Shown: positions 27,701-37,618 of the stretch, in pieces | Layout of the letters: every line of letters begins with the position of its first letter | How positions within the stretch are numbered: the stretch's first letter is position 1 | Virus record (IMG/VR): IMGVR_UViG_3300037339_000380 | Location: 2,844-66,843 of that record | Direction: 5' to 3' (one strand) | DNA: 64,000 bases | Source: a virus | Program-made: the position numbers and the translations under genes | The notes under the pieces: generated by a model | The model's input: only the letters and a program-made list of their open reading frames with translations | Databases searched by the model: none | Told to the model about the DNA's origin: nothing

Positions 27701-28835
27701 CATCTGATAAGAACTCCAATACAAACCTGTTAGCAGTATTTGGTATGGTAGCCTTTAACTTGAGGTTAAGAATAAAAGTTTCATAATTTGCTCTATCTAA
27801 TTGAGAAGAACCATATTCAAACAAAAAGTAATCACCATTAGTCAATAACCCAGCATTTGCACAGTATGTTCCATTATAAGGACTTATATCATAATCCCAT
27901 ATAACAGCTACTCCAGAAGCTGAAGCCGTCCATTCTTCTGAATCATATTCACTGTATATAAATTCATCTATTGGTAAAGGATCAGGTTCTGTTGCTAAAG
28001 CTGGTATATAAATTGAAGTTAATTCAATCTGAGTTAATACATCAGGTGTTGGTTTTAAAGGATCTGAGGATGCAGTACCTTTGACAAAAGTAAAATCTTG
28101 ATTTATGTCTACTACCAATATATCAAATCTGTCATACGTTGCATCGGCAGCATCAAGTGTTACTGTATCCGAAGCAATGGTATAAAGTGTACCATTAATA
28201 TAATAGGCAGTAGGTGAAAGTTGAAATTGTAACCCCGTCAACCATGAAACTATTCCACCCGAAACAACTCCATCAGCTTTTGGAATATCAGTTATAAAGA
28301 ATTCAGAACTACCAATTGAATAGTATAAGTAATCAATAGGAAATTGATTATCCGGTACAACATAAATATCTTCAATACCCTCAGGTAAAGTAAACCAACC
28401 TTTTATTCCTTCACTACCACTGTCATCAGCAGTTCCATAATACTTGCCTGGACCAGGATCATATTCATCATTTACTAAATGAATTATACCATCTGATTCC
28501 TCAATTAAACTATCAGAGAACTGCCAAGTAACTACTCTTGAATAAGTATCAAAATCAAGATGATAAAATTCATCATCCCTTGAAACTCCACTGCTATCTT
28601 CAGGATCATCAGAATCTCCTACAATCAAACCACCTTGTAAACCTAACATATAGTTATGATAGGCTTCAGTTATATTAGCAAAATGGATATGAGATAGACC
28701 TGGAGTTTGCAACTGTTGAATGGTATAGTAATTGGATAAGTCTGTTGTTCCTCCCATACCACCATGCCCAGATACTGCAACTCCTGTAGTGTCCCAACCT
28801 ACATGATATGCATATTTATAAATTACTATTGCCAT
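24744..28835 (-). CDS. Tail fibre / receptor-binding protein with three ~300 aa repeat modules
   Basis: Gly-rich GG.l.l.aG beta repeats, G.YG....IP.VTVD.KGRVT fibre motif and a CBM-like segment ending YLDYIKL. Confidence 0.8.
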   Translation of the reverse strand: MAIVIYKYAYHVGWDTTGVAVSGHGGMGGTTDLSNYYTIQQLQTPGLSHIHFANITEAYHNYMLGLQGGLIVGDSDDPEDSSGVSRDDEFYHLDFDTYSRVVTWQFSDSLIEESDGIIHLVNDEYDPGPGKYYGTADDSGSEGIKGWFTLPEGIEDIYVVPDNQFPIDYLYYSIGSSEFFITDIPKADGVVSGGIVSWLTGLQFQLSPTAYYINGTLYTIASDTVTLDAADATYDRFDILVVDINQDFTFVKGTASSDPLKPTPDVLTQIELTSIYIPALATEPDPLPIDEFIYSEYDSEEWTASASGVAVIWDYDISPYNGTYCANAGLLTNGDYFLFEYGSSQLDRANYETFILNLKLKATIPNTANRFVLEFLSDGVPVTNQYTLSFDRTSTAWQNIGVSISALTWYDDAFNQVRLTWLRTGGGSYDGIYLDYIKLEINIEQPVIQQSIELMGDVNGSGLTGSPVITELVTIPGLVVGQYGDATHIPMVTVDVKGRVTAIEEVAFTPGGDTLWEETTDDFITPVSSTGTGIIVDDVYIKDNSIYRPDGHLNHLTVQAGDAVGATNDGGDLTLKAGNAVWGDSGSLSGNLYLVPGSGYSSANYGTVYFGDSNYKGVNIAFRAMGSETNVGLQFYGKGSGNIYIGDGNPTFIYLNSSSNVFVYSRLTCYKDIYFSAQDSMITGGGGSAGHPVGYHITVRGGAAYSIGDNAGGNVYIYGGTPNGTGIRGDVYIGSGSAGYLPAATTETYVVYYNTSTGLLSYGYVGEPGSPGGYTFSMSIDQASDDSVTLVNDEDSPGNSQYYGTDGTGTKGWFALPEGGGSLWEETTDDFITPVSSTGTGIIVDDVYIKDNSIYRPDGHLNHLTVQAGDAVGATNDGGDLTLKAGDAVWGDVNSTSGYLYLVPGSPYQAISNSIIYFGNASFAGAGIYLQATGSSTNVSLYFRPKGAGGTTFGITSSNLSTFTGNISLYQSVTFNSTIGQIVGMGVVGSNGGDLTFRGGDTITTSYSGGNLYLYGGAGVGTGHRGYIYFGNGSSIATLPVVTSDTNVVYYNTTTGLLSYGPTSGIPGTTYTFSMSLAESGGTVTLDNDSDTPGNSQYYGTDGTGTKGWFALPEGGGSLWEETTDDFITPISSTGTGIIVDDIYIKDNTIYRPDGSLKHLTVQAGDASGSAGTDGGNVYLRAGNAIWGDSGSVGGFIYLISGEGYEASQTHTIYLGDNSTVSTARSIQCAGSPSNINLSISAKGTGSIYLGSDHLNINSTRISLGYNLAFDNYYKDYSIYCVAGYSSHPTGYNLSIYAGAGYGTGDNAGGNVYIYGGAPNGAGLRGDVYFGSGSAGYLPEADSEDVYVVRYNPSTGKLSYAAV
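25336..27290 (-). repeat. Three direct repeats within the tail-fibre gene (periods 888 and 924 bp)
   Basis: Near-identical blocks at about 25470-25559 vs 26358-26447 and about 26201-26366 vs 27125-27290. Confidence 0.9.
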
Positions 28836-28850
28836 AATACTATAATATTA

Positions 28851-31310
28851 TCAAACCCAATCATAATAAAGATCAGAACTCCAAGCACTATCACCAGCAC
28901 TATTATATGCACAAACTCTGTAAATAAAAGTAACACCCGTTGGATCACCTTCTTCACCTACAAAATCTACACACCAATTATTTGTTCCTCTGAATATCTC
29001 CGTATTAAAATCAGCCCAAATACCATTCCAAAATGTTGGTCGTCTTTGTAACTTATACCCTTGAGCTCCTGCTACAGGATTCCATTCAACCATAACAGCC
29101 ACTCCATTTGTATTTTGATACGCAGTAAGTCCACTGGGAGTAGAAGGTGCAGTTTGTTCCTGTATTGGATCACCGTCTTCATCATATGTAGGTTCCCCTC
29201 CAACACCTCCTACCAATATTTCTTCTTCTGTATATTCTTCAGCTTCAATATCATATGTAGCATTTATCAAATCCCAAGTAAATCCATTCAAAAGAAATAA
29301 CATATTAGTACCACCTGAAGTCTCCGACGGAATAGTATCATCTGTTAAAACAGAAAATATTTTCAATACATTATCTGTCAATATCTTACCCTTCAGTCTA
29401 TGAATAGTTCTTCCATATTTACGAAATTTACATTTAGCAAATACTTCATATAAAGGAGCGGGTGTAGTTGAATTCTCTGAAGTCCACAATCTTGTATAAA
29501 GTCCTATTTCATCTGTTTCAGAATCTTCTGTTGGAAGCATCAAACCATTACTATAATTTATGTTTGGTAAATCAAACAGATATAATTCAACAGTATCAGT
29601 CCTGACAAAGTTTTCATTAAGATGATATTCAATTTTATTATTTATATCTTCCACGGTTAAAGCAACTGTAACATCTCCTAAATAATTAGTAACAAAATCA
29701 TGCCAATAAGGATTATTAACAGAAGAATTAAGTGAATACCAAGCAGGAAGAAATATGATTGTAAATCTTTGAAACTCAGGAAACCCTAAAGCCTCCCATA
29801 AGCTATTATAAGCATCATTCAATCCACCCCAAACATAACACATCATGCTTGTTGTGTTTATTGATTTCATTATACTCCAGTCTAACTGATGATTATCCTT
29901 TACATCAATTATATTATTGTATGTTAACCACATGGCAGGGTCAGTTGAATTCTGATCTACATCACCTGGCCAACCTACGGGTGGGTATAAATAAATCATT
30001 TGCCCATGCTGATTACTCTGTCCTAAATCAACCCACCAATCAGAAAATGGTCCACCATCAAGTCTTAATAGAAATCTTAATTGTACTCTTTCTATATCAG
30101 TCATTGCATCCTGAGTAGACATTTTATAATCAATATTCAATATGGAAGGTCTTCCAAGAACCCCTCCACTTGAATCACCAAACATTTCTTTATTGAATTG
30201 TATTGCAAAGTTATAATACAATCCTTTTTCATAAATAGAACCTGATGGAGCAGAAGTATATTTAATCCAAGTATTCATATCTTGATACCCTACTCCAACT
30301 TCTAATTCTGATAAATCTTCATTGGCATACCATTTACGATAATTCAATTGTCCTGCTGTTGGAAAGTGTTCATAACCAACTGGAAATAATCCAACTGTTG
30401 TTTCCATGTCAGCAGTATAATCATTGAATATAAGAGAATCATATTTTTTATCCCTCAATTCTAATATTAATGTATGCAATCCAGAATTATATTCAATTAC
30501 TTGACTACAATCAACATATTCCCAATCACCATTTTGTTTGTTGTATTCCTGTTTTAAACTTGCTACAGATGATGGAGTGAGTCCTGTGTATTTCACCCAA
30601 TTCCCTGTACGTGTAATATCTTCCTGTCTTTCAATAATCCACTGTTCATTGTAATAATACAAGAAGGCACTGAACGGTTGTAGACACTTGTTTATAGCAT
30701 CATAAATATTATCATAAGTAAATGCATCAGTAAAGAATTGAGCATTTTGAACAAGTATTTGATTTAAGAAAGAATCAGTACTGCCATTTGACATGGTAGT
30801 TTCAAACAAAGTTGAATTTACAAATAGGGGAAGGTCAAGATTTGTTAAAGTAAGAATCTCATTCACCAAACTAAAAACATTTGCTTTCTCCGTAACCTTT
30901 TTCAAGCTAACAGGAAAATGCTCTTCCAGACGATGCAAGTAATCAGTAAACTGCATTGTAATTTCAGCGTAGGGTAATAGCTGACGTTCATTTAAATCAC
31001 AAATAGAATATCCTCTAAAAACAATCTGTCCTCCATATTCAATGGTACACATGAATTGTCTTTCATAAGATAATAACAAATCCTCCAAAAATGTCATGTC
31101 ATCTGAATTAGCCTTAATTACAACCTTTGCACCAGATCCTATTATTGGAGTATTGTCATCCTGATAATTACTTTGAATTTCTACCTGGGAAGTACGAACA
31201 TCATCTACCACTGAATCAGTGTAATCCTTTTTATATATCTTTACAGATACAAATGTCTCAAAAGGAGGGGTGTTATAAAAGTCTGATTGGTAACGTAATC
31301 CGTATGCCAT
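28851..31310 (-). CDS. Distal tail/baseplate protein with C-terminal fibronectin type III domain
   Basis: Follows the tape measure; APSTPSGLTA..V.VEWNPV.GA.GY...YRVCAYNSAGDSAWS is FN3-like. Confidence 0.75.
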   Translation of the reverse strand: MAYGLRYQSDFYNTPPFETFVSVKIYKKDYTDSVVDDVRTSQVEIQSNYQDDNTPIIGSGAKVVIKANSDDMTFLEDLLLSYERQFMCTIEYGGQIVFRGYSICDLNERQLLPYAEITMQFTDYLHRLEEHFPVSLKKVTEKANVFSLVNEILTLTNLDLPLFVNSTLFETTMSNGSTDSFLNQILVQNAQFFTDAFTYDNIYDAINKCLQPFSAFLYYYNEQWIIERQEDITRTGNWVKYTGLTPSSVASLKQEYNKQNGDWEYVDCSQVIEYNSGLHTLILELRDKKYDSLIFNDYTADMETTVGLFPVGYEHFPTAGQLNYRKWYANEDLSELEVGVGYQDMNTWIKYTSAPSGSIYEKGLYYNFAIQFNKEMFGDSSGGVLGRPSILNIDYKMSTQDAMTDIERVQLRFLLRLDGGPFSDWWVDLGQSNQHGQMIYLYPPVGWPGDVDQNSTDPAMWLTYNNIIDVKDNHQLDWSIMKSINTTSMMCYVWGGLNDAYNSLWEALGFPEFQRFTIIFLPAWYSLNSSVNNPYWHDFVTNYLGDVTVALTVEDINNKIEYHLNENFVRTDTVELYLFDLPNINYSNGLMLPTEDSETDEIGLYTRLWTSENSTTPAPLYEVFAKCKFRKYGRTIHRLKGKILTDNVLKIFSVLTDDTIPSETSGGTNMLFLLNGFTWDLINATYDIEAEEYTEEEILVGGVGGEPTYDEDGDPIQEQTAPSTPSGLTAYQNTNGVAVMVEWNPVAGAQGYKLQRRPTFWNGIWADFNTEIFRGTNNWCVDFVGEEGDPTGVTFIYRVCAYNSAGDSAWSSDLYYDWV

Positions 31311-31312
31311 GA

Positions 31313-34300
31313 TTAGTAAATTTTATTTTTCTTATTACCTTTCCTTAAAATACCAATAAGTTTATCCTGCCCTATTTCAAATATAACCTCTCCTTCAAGT
31401 ACTGTATTTTCCTTTTCCATTCTATTGAGAGGTATCACCTTTTCTCCTGATGAGAGTAAAGCGGGAAAACTATCACTTGGATATCCAGGGGGAACAACAC
31501 CCCCCATAGCCATCTTAGCAATAGAAGAAGTTTGATTCTTTATCAAATCTGTATAAGATGTGCCAAACATTTTCTTCATTTTCTCCTCTGGTATAACAAC
31601 CTCTCCAGAGGTCAGCAAAGCAGGGAATGAGTCGTTTGGAAATCCCTCTGGTACTATTCCCCCTTCTGCCATCTTCGTTGCCTGCTTTGCCTTGATTATT
31701 GCGGCAATACCTGCCATTACTGCTCCTACTCCTATTCCTATTGCCATTAGTCCAAGTGGCCAAGGAAGTTTGGCTGCATTCTTTACAGTGCTTGCAACAG
31801 CACTACCTGCGTCAGCTGATGTTTTAGCCTCCGTAATAGGAATTGAAGTAGCCTCAACTGCGGATAATGCTTTCTCAACTGGAATGGCTGCTGCACTTGA
31901 TACTGTTTGTATTCTCTTTGCTTCACCTTGAACTACCTCTGCCATGGCTAAACTTTGAGTAACTGCTGTAGCTCCTTGTTTGGCGGCATTACTTGTTTCT
32001 AATGCTTTCGATCCAATCTTTTCAATTGCTGAAACAGTTTCAACAGTTTTACCATACTCGTTGGTAACGTCTGTCAAAACTTTCATTTTCTTTGAAGCCG
32101 CTTCTATTATAATACCACTTGGAATAAGCTCATCAGGATTGGAAAGATTCTTTCCTGAGAAATTACCAAACATACCTGCCAACCCACCTGCAGTACCTGC
32201 CCGATCAGCCTCAGGTGTTTTAATCTTCCAATTCATTTTCTTCATCCCAGCCATCAGCACAGAAAGTCCTTCGGAAACACTATCCTTCATACTCTTTGCT
32301 ATGTCCTCAGGTCCTTCAATATGACTTAATATCCCCTTCCATATCAATGTTTTGATAATAAGTTGTACTATATCTTTGAGTGTCTGTTGGAAAATGGCAT
32401 GCAAAGTATTGTTCAATCTCTCTGCAACGGTTTCTGTTTCAGTAGGACCCTCTATAAGTATGTCAAACATTTGTCCTAATGCATCTGTCGTACGATTAGC
32501 AATCTCTTCTGTATCCTTTAAAAGAGAAAGTTCCTTATATAATGTTTTAAAACCTATTGACTTACCTTTCCCCAGATTAGAAAGTTCTTGTAACTTATTT
32601 TCTAAAGCAGTTATATGCCCAGCAAATAAATCTGTACTTTCTGACAATCTATAAAAAGTACGATTCATATTTTCCAAATACTGAATACTTTGTGAATTCT
32701 GTAAATCAACCAAAGTCATTTTAACATCCTGTATCCTTTGAATTGTTCTTTTTATTTCTTCATTGTCAATAAGCTCCCCACTATAACGTCTTTTCAACAA
32801 GTCTCTCAAATACTTTTCTGAGGCTTGCAATTCAAAATTTAAAACCTCTACCTTACCAGCGACATTACCAAAAGCGTTTGCCTCAGCATTTAACATGGCT
32901 GCTGATTCTCTGTCAATTGCATCTTGAATAGCTTTATCATATAATTCTACATTCCCTTGCATCTCCTTCAACCGATTCATCTGATCTTGACTTGGATACA
33001 TTATAGTCCCTGTTTTAGGATCAGGTGTTGAAAGAAGTTTTATATATTCTTCAATTGACTTCTTATAAAACTCTAACCTTGCTGAGTTTACATCAAATTT
33101 GGGACCAAGTATAAACTTCTGCATATCAATTGAAGCAAGTCCAGAATTAAAGTCATCAAAGAATTTTTTCATATCTTTTAGACTGTCAGTCAATTCTTTG
33201 GTTTCATCTTTTGCAGACTTCTCAGCTTTTTCTGCCTGGGACAATAATCTCGCAAAATACAAAAATACTGGATTAGTTGCTCCTAATCCTGTCCTAAGAT
33301 CATCTACAGTTTTGGTATAAAGATCAACTAACTTTGCATTCTTATCAAAAGTATATCCCTGTTCTTTAGCTGACTTACCCTCAGCTTCAATTTCTTTAGC
33401 CAATACTTTTGTTGAAAGAATAAGTTGATCCATCTCATTATTGAATCCAAACGAATATCCTTTACCAGTAAAGAAATCTTTTATCTTCTGTTCTTCATCT
33501 TTTAATATCTTATTAAAATCAATAAACTTCGTTTTGAGATCATCAACTGGTATAAGAGTTTTCAATTTATCCTTCCCAATACCTAATGAACTCCAAACAT
33601 CATTACTTAACTTTGTAGAAACACCTTTTGGCATTTCTATTTCTGGTATTGTAAACCCCCCTAAAGTAGCATTTGTATTTTTGGCAGAAGTATTCAGTTT
33701 ATCTAATGAAATTGTAAGTGCATCAACTTGTTTAATCCAATCAAATTCTTTGACTTTCTTATTTGCTAACTTATCTATCCCACTATTTATTTCCCCCGTT
33801 ATATTTAAAATCTGAACTTTAGATAATGATAAATTTTTTAAATACTTCTCAACTAATTTTTCTTTTCCTAATTGTAAGAAAGCCTGATCAATTTTACCCC
33901 CACCTTCCTTTATTGCTTGATCTGCTAAAGAATAAACATCATTATAAAACTCACCAAGCATATCTGGAGCCTGCTTACCTATTACTCCAAGCACTTTATT
34001 AAATCCATTCTTAAATGCCTTTGCAGTATCTTGTTGCTTTGATGTAAGCTCTTCCTGATTAACTTTTAAAGCCATACTCAATCGTTGTGCTTTCTCAGCA
34101 TGCAAATAAGCATTGGCTATTTCCTCTACGGAATCTTTTTCTGACAACAGATTTTTTAAATATGGACCATACCTATTATTTATTTCTTCAATCGTTTTCT
34201 TTCTCTGTTCTAAACTTCTGCTCATGTCAGAGGCACGAGCAAATAATTGGGACATTATTCCAGCTTCAACAGATTGTTGTCCTGCAATATCTTTCTGAAC

Positions 34301-35938
34301 ACGATTAAACTCATTATGTTTCCTGATCAACTTGATAATGATTAGTCCTAAGGCTATTGCTCCTGCCGCGATTAAAACATATGGATTCTTTATAAGAGTA
34401 CCAAGTGCACCCCAAGCACTCTTGACACTCTTACCATACATTGTCATTGATACAACATTGGCGTCTGTTACAACTTTTAAAACACCAAAATAAACCAATA
34501 CCTTTTGAAGTAATTTACCAATAGTCATAAAGGCTCCAGCATATACATATTTTAAAGCAGAACCAATTAATGCAATTGGACCTATGGCAGCAAGTAAACC
34601 TAAGAATTTGATTATTAATTTTTGAACTCCATCACTCAGACTGTTAAACCATCTAACTAAACCATTCAAAATATTAACCAACGTTTCAAGAGCAGGAATA
34701 ATAACTTTACCAAGAGCTTCACCAAAACTAATTTTAATCAAATCCATTGTAGCCTTTAGAGAATCTAATCTCTTTTTCATCTGATCTGACTGAGCGTCAA
34801 ATGCTCTGGTTAAGTCACCACTTGCATTAGTTACGGCTTCAATAACTTGTTTATTATATTCAAAGTTATCACCCATAAGTGAAAGATCCCCAGTCATAGC
34901 ACGTATGTCTCGGAAAACAGTTTTTAAGAATGGAACACCTCCTACATCTTTTGCCAAGTCCTTTAGTTCAATAAGGACTTTCATCAATCCTCCAGGTTGT
35001 TTTAATTTTTGAATCAATCCATCAACACTAACTCCCATATCTTCTAATTCTTTACCCCCTCCTGAACCAGGTTTTAATTTGAGTAAAGAGTTGAGTACAC
35101 CTTTTAAATAAACGGCTGCATTCTGAGCACTCGCTCCTTGTAGTGACATGGCTGCCATTGTACCCGCTACCTCTTCAATTTTAACACCCAACGCTGAAGC
35201 TATTGGAAGTACCGATTGCATAGCACCAGCAAACCCTTCAGCCTCAATTGCCCCTTCACGTACTGCTGCCGTAAACACATCAGCGGCACGTTCAGCAGTA
35301 AGACCAGACTGTCGGTATGCGTTCATTGAGAAAACTAATAGTTTTGCTACGTCGGACGTCTCACCCAGTCCTGCAGTTGCCCCCTTTGCGGCAAGCTCCA
35401 CAATATTCAAGGCTTGAGCGGCATCTTTAAAGCCGGCGGATGTTACATAGTAAGAGGCTTCGGCTAATGCCTGAGGTGTCTGAGCAAGGGCTGGAGCCAT
35501 TCTCATCAATTCTTTTCTAAGACCTGCTACTGCTTGTTCTGATAACCCAACCAAGCCTACAATCTTAGCCATAGCAAAATCAAAATTCTTTGCAGTTTCA
35601 ATTGCCTGCTTTCCTGCCATCACCATTGGTGCCGTTACAACAATAGAAAACAAGTATCCAAACGTTCTCCACCTTTGAGCCGATTGGAAAATGGAAGCAC
35701 CCATCTGATCAATTGACTTTGTTGCCGTTTGTACAGCAGGAGCAACTCCCTTCATACCATTGGCTATTCCTTTACCTGTACGAGAGGCTTGTTGCTCCAA
35801 AACTGTCAAACGTTGTTGAACATCAGCGACATGCTTGGACATGCTTTTCATAGCATTTGAAAAAGCTTGCTGTGCCTGAGCAATCCCCGTTAAACGAAGA
35901 CCCAAACTGGCATACATTTGCCCTGCATCAATTGCCAT
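31313..35938 (-). CDS. Tail tape measure protein
   Basis: 1541 aa, Ala-rich and helical; phage minor-tail domain (FD.AMAKI..., AERAADVF..AVREG); follows the chaperone genes. Confidence 0.93.
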   Translation of the reverse strand: MAIDAGQMYASLGLRLTGIAQAQQAFSNAMKSMSKHVADVQQRLTVLEQQASRTGKGIANGMKGVAPAVQTATKSIDQMGASIFQSAQRWRTFGYLFSIVVTAPMVMAGKQAIETAKNFDFAMAKIVGLVGLSEQAVAGLRKELMRMAPALAQTPQALAEASYYVTSAGFKDAAQALNIVELAAKGATAGLGETSDVAKLLVFSMNAYRQSGLTAERAADVFTAAVREGAIEAEGFAGAMQSVLPIASALGVKIEEVAGTMAAMSLQGASAQNAAVYLKGVLNSLLKLKPGSGGGKELEDMGVSVDGLIQKLKQPGGLMKVLIELKDLAKDVGGVPFLKTVFRDIRAMTGDLSLMGDNFEYNKQVIEAVTNASGDLTRAFDAQSDQMKKRLDSLKATMDLIKISFGEALGKVIIPALETLVNILNGLVRWFNSLSDGVQKLIIKFLGLLAAIGPIALIGSALKYVYAGAFMTIGKLLQKVLVYFGVLKVVTDANVVSMTMYGKSVKSAWGALGTLIKNPYVLIAAGAIALGLIIIKLIRKHNEFNRVQKDIAGQQSVEAGIMSQLFARASDMSRSLEQRKKTIEEINNRYGPYLKNLLSEKDSVEEIANAYLHAEKAQRLSMALKVNQEELTSKQQDTAKAFKNGFNKVLGVIGKQAPDMLGEFYNDVYSLADQAIKEGGGKIDQAFLQLGKEKLVEKYLKNLSLSKVQILNITGEINSGIDKLANKKVKEFDWIKQVDALTISLDKLNTSAKNTNATLGGFTIPEIEMPKGVSTKLSNDVWSSLGIGKDKLKTLIPVDDLKTKFIDFNKILKDEEQKIKDFFTGKGYSFGFNNEMDQLILSTKVLAKEIEAEGKSAKEQGYTFDKNAKLVDLYTKTVDDLRTGLGATNPVFLYFARLLSQAEKAEKSAKDETKELTDSLKDMKKFFDDFNSGLASIDMQKFILGPKFDVNSARLEFYKKSIEEYIKLLSTPDPKTGTIMYPSQDQMNRLKEMQGNVELYDKAIQDAIDRESAAMLNAEANAFGNVAGKVEVLNFELQASEKYLRDLLKRRYSGELIDNEEIKRTIQRIQDVKMTLVDLQNSQSIQYLENMNRTFYRLSESTDLFAGHITALENKLQELSNLGKGKSIGFKTLYKELSLLKDTEEIANRTTDALGQMFDILIEGPTETETVAERLNNTLHAIFQQTLKDIVQLIIKTLIWKGILSHIEGPEDIAKSMKDSVSEGLSVLMAGMKKMNWKIKTPEADRAGTAGGLAGMFGNFSGKNLSNPDELIPSGIIIEAASKKMKVLTDVTNEYGKTVETVSAIEKIGSKALETSNAAKQGATAVTQSLAMAEVVQGEAKRIQTVSSAAAIPVEKALSAVEATSIPITEAKTSADAGSAVASTVKNAAKLPWPLGLMAIGIGVGAVMAGIAAIIKAKQATKMAEGGIVPEGFPNDSFPALLTSGEVVIPEEKMKKMFGTSYTDLIKNQTSSIAKMAMGGVVPPGYPSDSFPALLSSGEKVIPLNRMEKENTVLEGEVIFEIGQDKLIGILRKGNKKNKIY

Positions 35939-36327
35939 TACTTTTTAGTTTTTGGTGATGGTTGTTTGGATTGAATACCAACTTTTTTATTGTGTGCCTT
36001 TGCAAATCCTAATAAAAATTCTTTCATCTCTTGCCAACTTTGTGTTTTAACAGGTTTCTCTTCCCCTGTCCAATTAGGCATGAAATCTTCTGCTGTATAT
36101 TTAGTACCTCTCTTCGCGTGAGCCCACGTCAACATATTCGTGATGTGAGCCATCAATGTTGCCCACTTGTAATCATCCACCCAAAGTCCTATTGGTTCTA
36201 ACTTATTGAACGCTTCCCATTCTCCAATCTGAAACGCTGTAAGTTGCTCCAATAGAACATCTGGATGAACTATTCCTAATTCTCTACAGAGTCGGAACTG
36301 GAAGAGCCGTCCGGGACGGCATCGGAG
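35938..36327 (-). CDS. Tail assembly chaperone, frameshifted (GT-like) C-terminal part
   Basis: The -1 frame is open from the slippery site (KLRCRPGRLFQFRLCRELGIVHPDVLLEQLT...EWEAF..LEP.G) into track ORF 35938-36252. Confidence 0.8.
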   Translation of the reverse strand, partial: LRCRPGRLFQFRLCRELGIVHPDVLLEQLTAFQIGEWEAFNKLEPIGLWVDDYKWATLMAHITNMLTWAHAKRGTKYTAEDFMPNWTGEEKPVKTQSWQEMKEFLLGFAKAHNKKVGIQSKQPSPKTKK

Positions 36328-36704
36328 TTTTTTGCTAACAACTCCTTCTCCTCTTCCGCTATTGCGTTAATTCGTTGAGCTACCTTTACGATTGCTTCCA
36401 ATTTCTTAGCACTCATCATTTTACTGAGAAGTGCATAGTCATTTGGTTTGAAAAGTAAAATACCCTCTTCATTACATACAGTAACCACGGCTATCTTTGC
36501 ACGGTAATCTTCTGTTGCTTGATCAAATCCTACAACATTACCCTTGGTGTCCCTGTTCTTCCTGACTAAGGACTGTTCAAACACGTCACGTTCGTGACCT
36601 GTCATTTGACGTACGAATACATGCTGAGTTTCATTTAACTCAACCTTTACGATCTCCAGCGTGTCTTTCGCCAGGAGAGCTTCTCTGTTCAATAATTCAC
36701 TCAT
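36276..36704 (-). CDS. Tail assembly chaperone (G-like)
   Basis: Lies between the tail tube and tape measure; VFVRQMTG.ERD.FE; ends near a slippery site. Confidence 0.85.
   Translation of the reverse strand: MSELLNREALLAKDTLEIVKVELNETQHVFVRQMTGHERDVFEQSLVRKNRDTKGNVVGFDQATEDYRAKIAVVTVCNEEGILLFKPNDYALLSKMMSAKKLEAIVKVAQRINAIAEEEKELLAKNSDAVPDGSSSSDSVEN
36306..36333 (-). other. Programmed -1 frameshift signal
   Basis: A AAA AAC heptamer (36333-36327), then a 6-nt spacer and the hairpin GCCGTC-CCG-GACGGC. Confidence 0.85.
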
Positions 36705-36726
36705 TTGATTAAATATTTAATTGATT

Positions 36727-36752
36727 AAAAAAATAAATCCTTGATTAGGATT
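36727..36752 (-). terminator. Weak terminator/attenuator after the tail-tube gene
   Basis: AATCCT-AATCA-AGGATT hairpin followed by TA and T7. Confidence 0.55.
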
Positions 36753-36762
36753 CCAATAAATT

Positions 36763-37188
36763 TTAGGTTCCAGTCCCAGAGTTAACTGTGACTTGGCCAT
36801 TAACCTTTATGGTAACATCTGCCGTAACCTTATCATCTGTTGGAATTGTGAGTGGCAACTCTGTTACAAGTCCCATAAATTCCAAAGATGTTGCATCCGG
36901 ATCTGGCAATATGATTTCATAAAGTACGTCATTGTCATCCTCGAAATCTGCCTTCATCAGGTCGTATGTATCCCTGGTAAAGTTCATAGCGAGAGTGACA
37001 GTACCACCATCACGGAATCCAGCAATGAATTCCCTGTACCCCCCGATCGAGTCAAGAGACGTAACATCAATAAAGTCTCTTGTCATACCGGGCCCGGTAA
37101 TTGAGTTCACTTCAGCGACATCAGCCCAGCCAGTAGAAGGATCATACCTTCTAAATTTTGTGCCGACACCCGCAATTGCATTGCTCAT
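36763..37188 (-). CDS. Major tail (tube) protein
   Basis: VAEVNSITGP...RD.IDVTSLDS.GGYREFIAG.RDGG (lambda gpV/TTP-like); strong AGGAGG RBS. Confidence 0.9.
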   Translation of the reverse strand: MSNAIAGVGTKFRRYDPSTGWADVAEVNSITGPGMTRDFIDVTSLDSIGGYREFIAGFRDGGTVTLAMNFTRDTYDLMKADFEDDNDVLYEIILPDPDATSLEFMGLVTELPLTIPTDDKVTADVTIKVNGQVTVNSGTGT

Positions 37189-37204
37189 AATTTTACCTCC
37201 TTTT

Positions 37205-37618
37205 TTAAGACCCTCCAGAGTCTTTTCTCTGAAGGTTTAAGTTAATAATAAAACGTGCTCTTTTGTTGTCATCCCAGTCAAAGTGCATTGGCGCTGAACT
37301 GGTAATGACTTCATATATCGCTCCGTTCCATGTCTCGTGTGCCCGGCCATGTAATAGGAGAAATATTTCGTTAATCAAATTATACCCCAATTGATAATCC
37401 CTGTTCCTTACTCTTATCTGTAAAGAATGTCTTTCATATGGAAGAAGTAAGTTCCCTTCCATTGTAAGTTGAGGAGTACTTGCATACGCATCAAAAATAG
37501 TTACTACATTATCAGGTGATGCAGGTTCTTTACCAATAAACAAATTGGTGGCATACGTCAAATCAATACCACTTTCTGACAATAGCATGTCCTTTATATC
37601 AACACTTGGTGGATTCAT
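37205..37618 (-). CDS. Tail terminator-like protein
   Basis: LFIGKEP.SPD..VTIFD...QIRVR...D.NKR..F..N pattern; position before the tail tube. Confidence 0.75.
   Translation of the reverse strand: MNPPSVDIKDMLLSESGIDLTYATNLFIGKEPASPDNVVTIFDAYASTPQLTMEGNLLLPYERHSLQIRVRNRDYQLGYNLINEIFLLLHGRAHETWNGAIYEVITSSAPMHFDWDDNKRARFIINLNLQRKDSGGS

Noticed and set aside
31515-35417. Many 60-125 aa + strand and alternate-frame ORFs over the tape measure (and similar ones elsewhere in the track)
   Set aside because: They are antisense or out-of-frame shadows of long, motif-bearing genes and carry no motifs of their own
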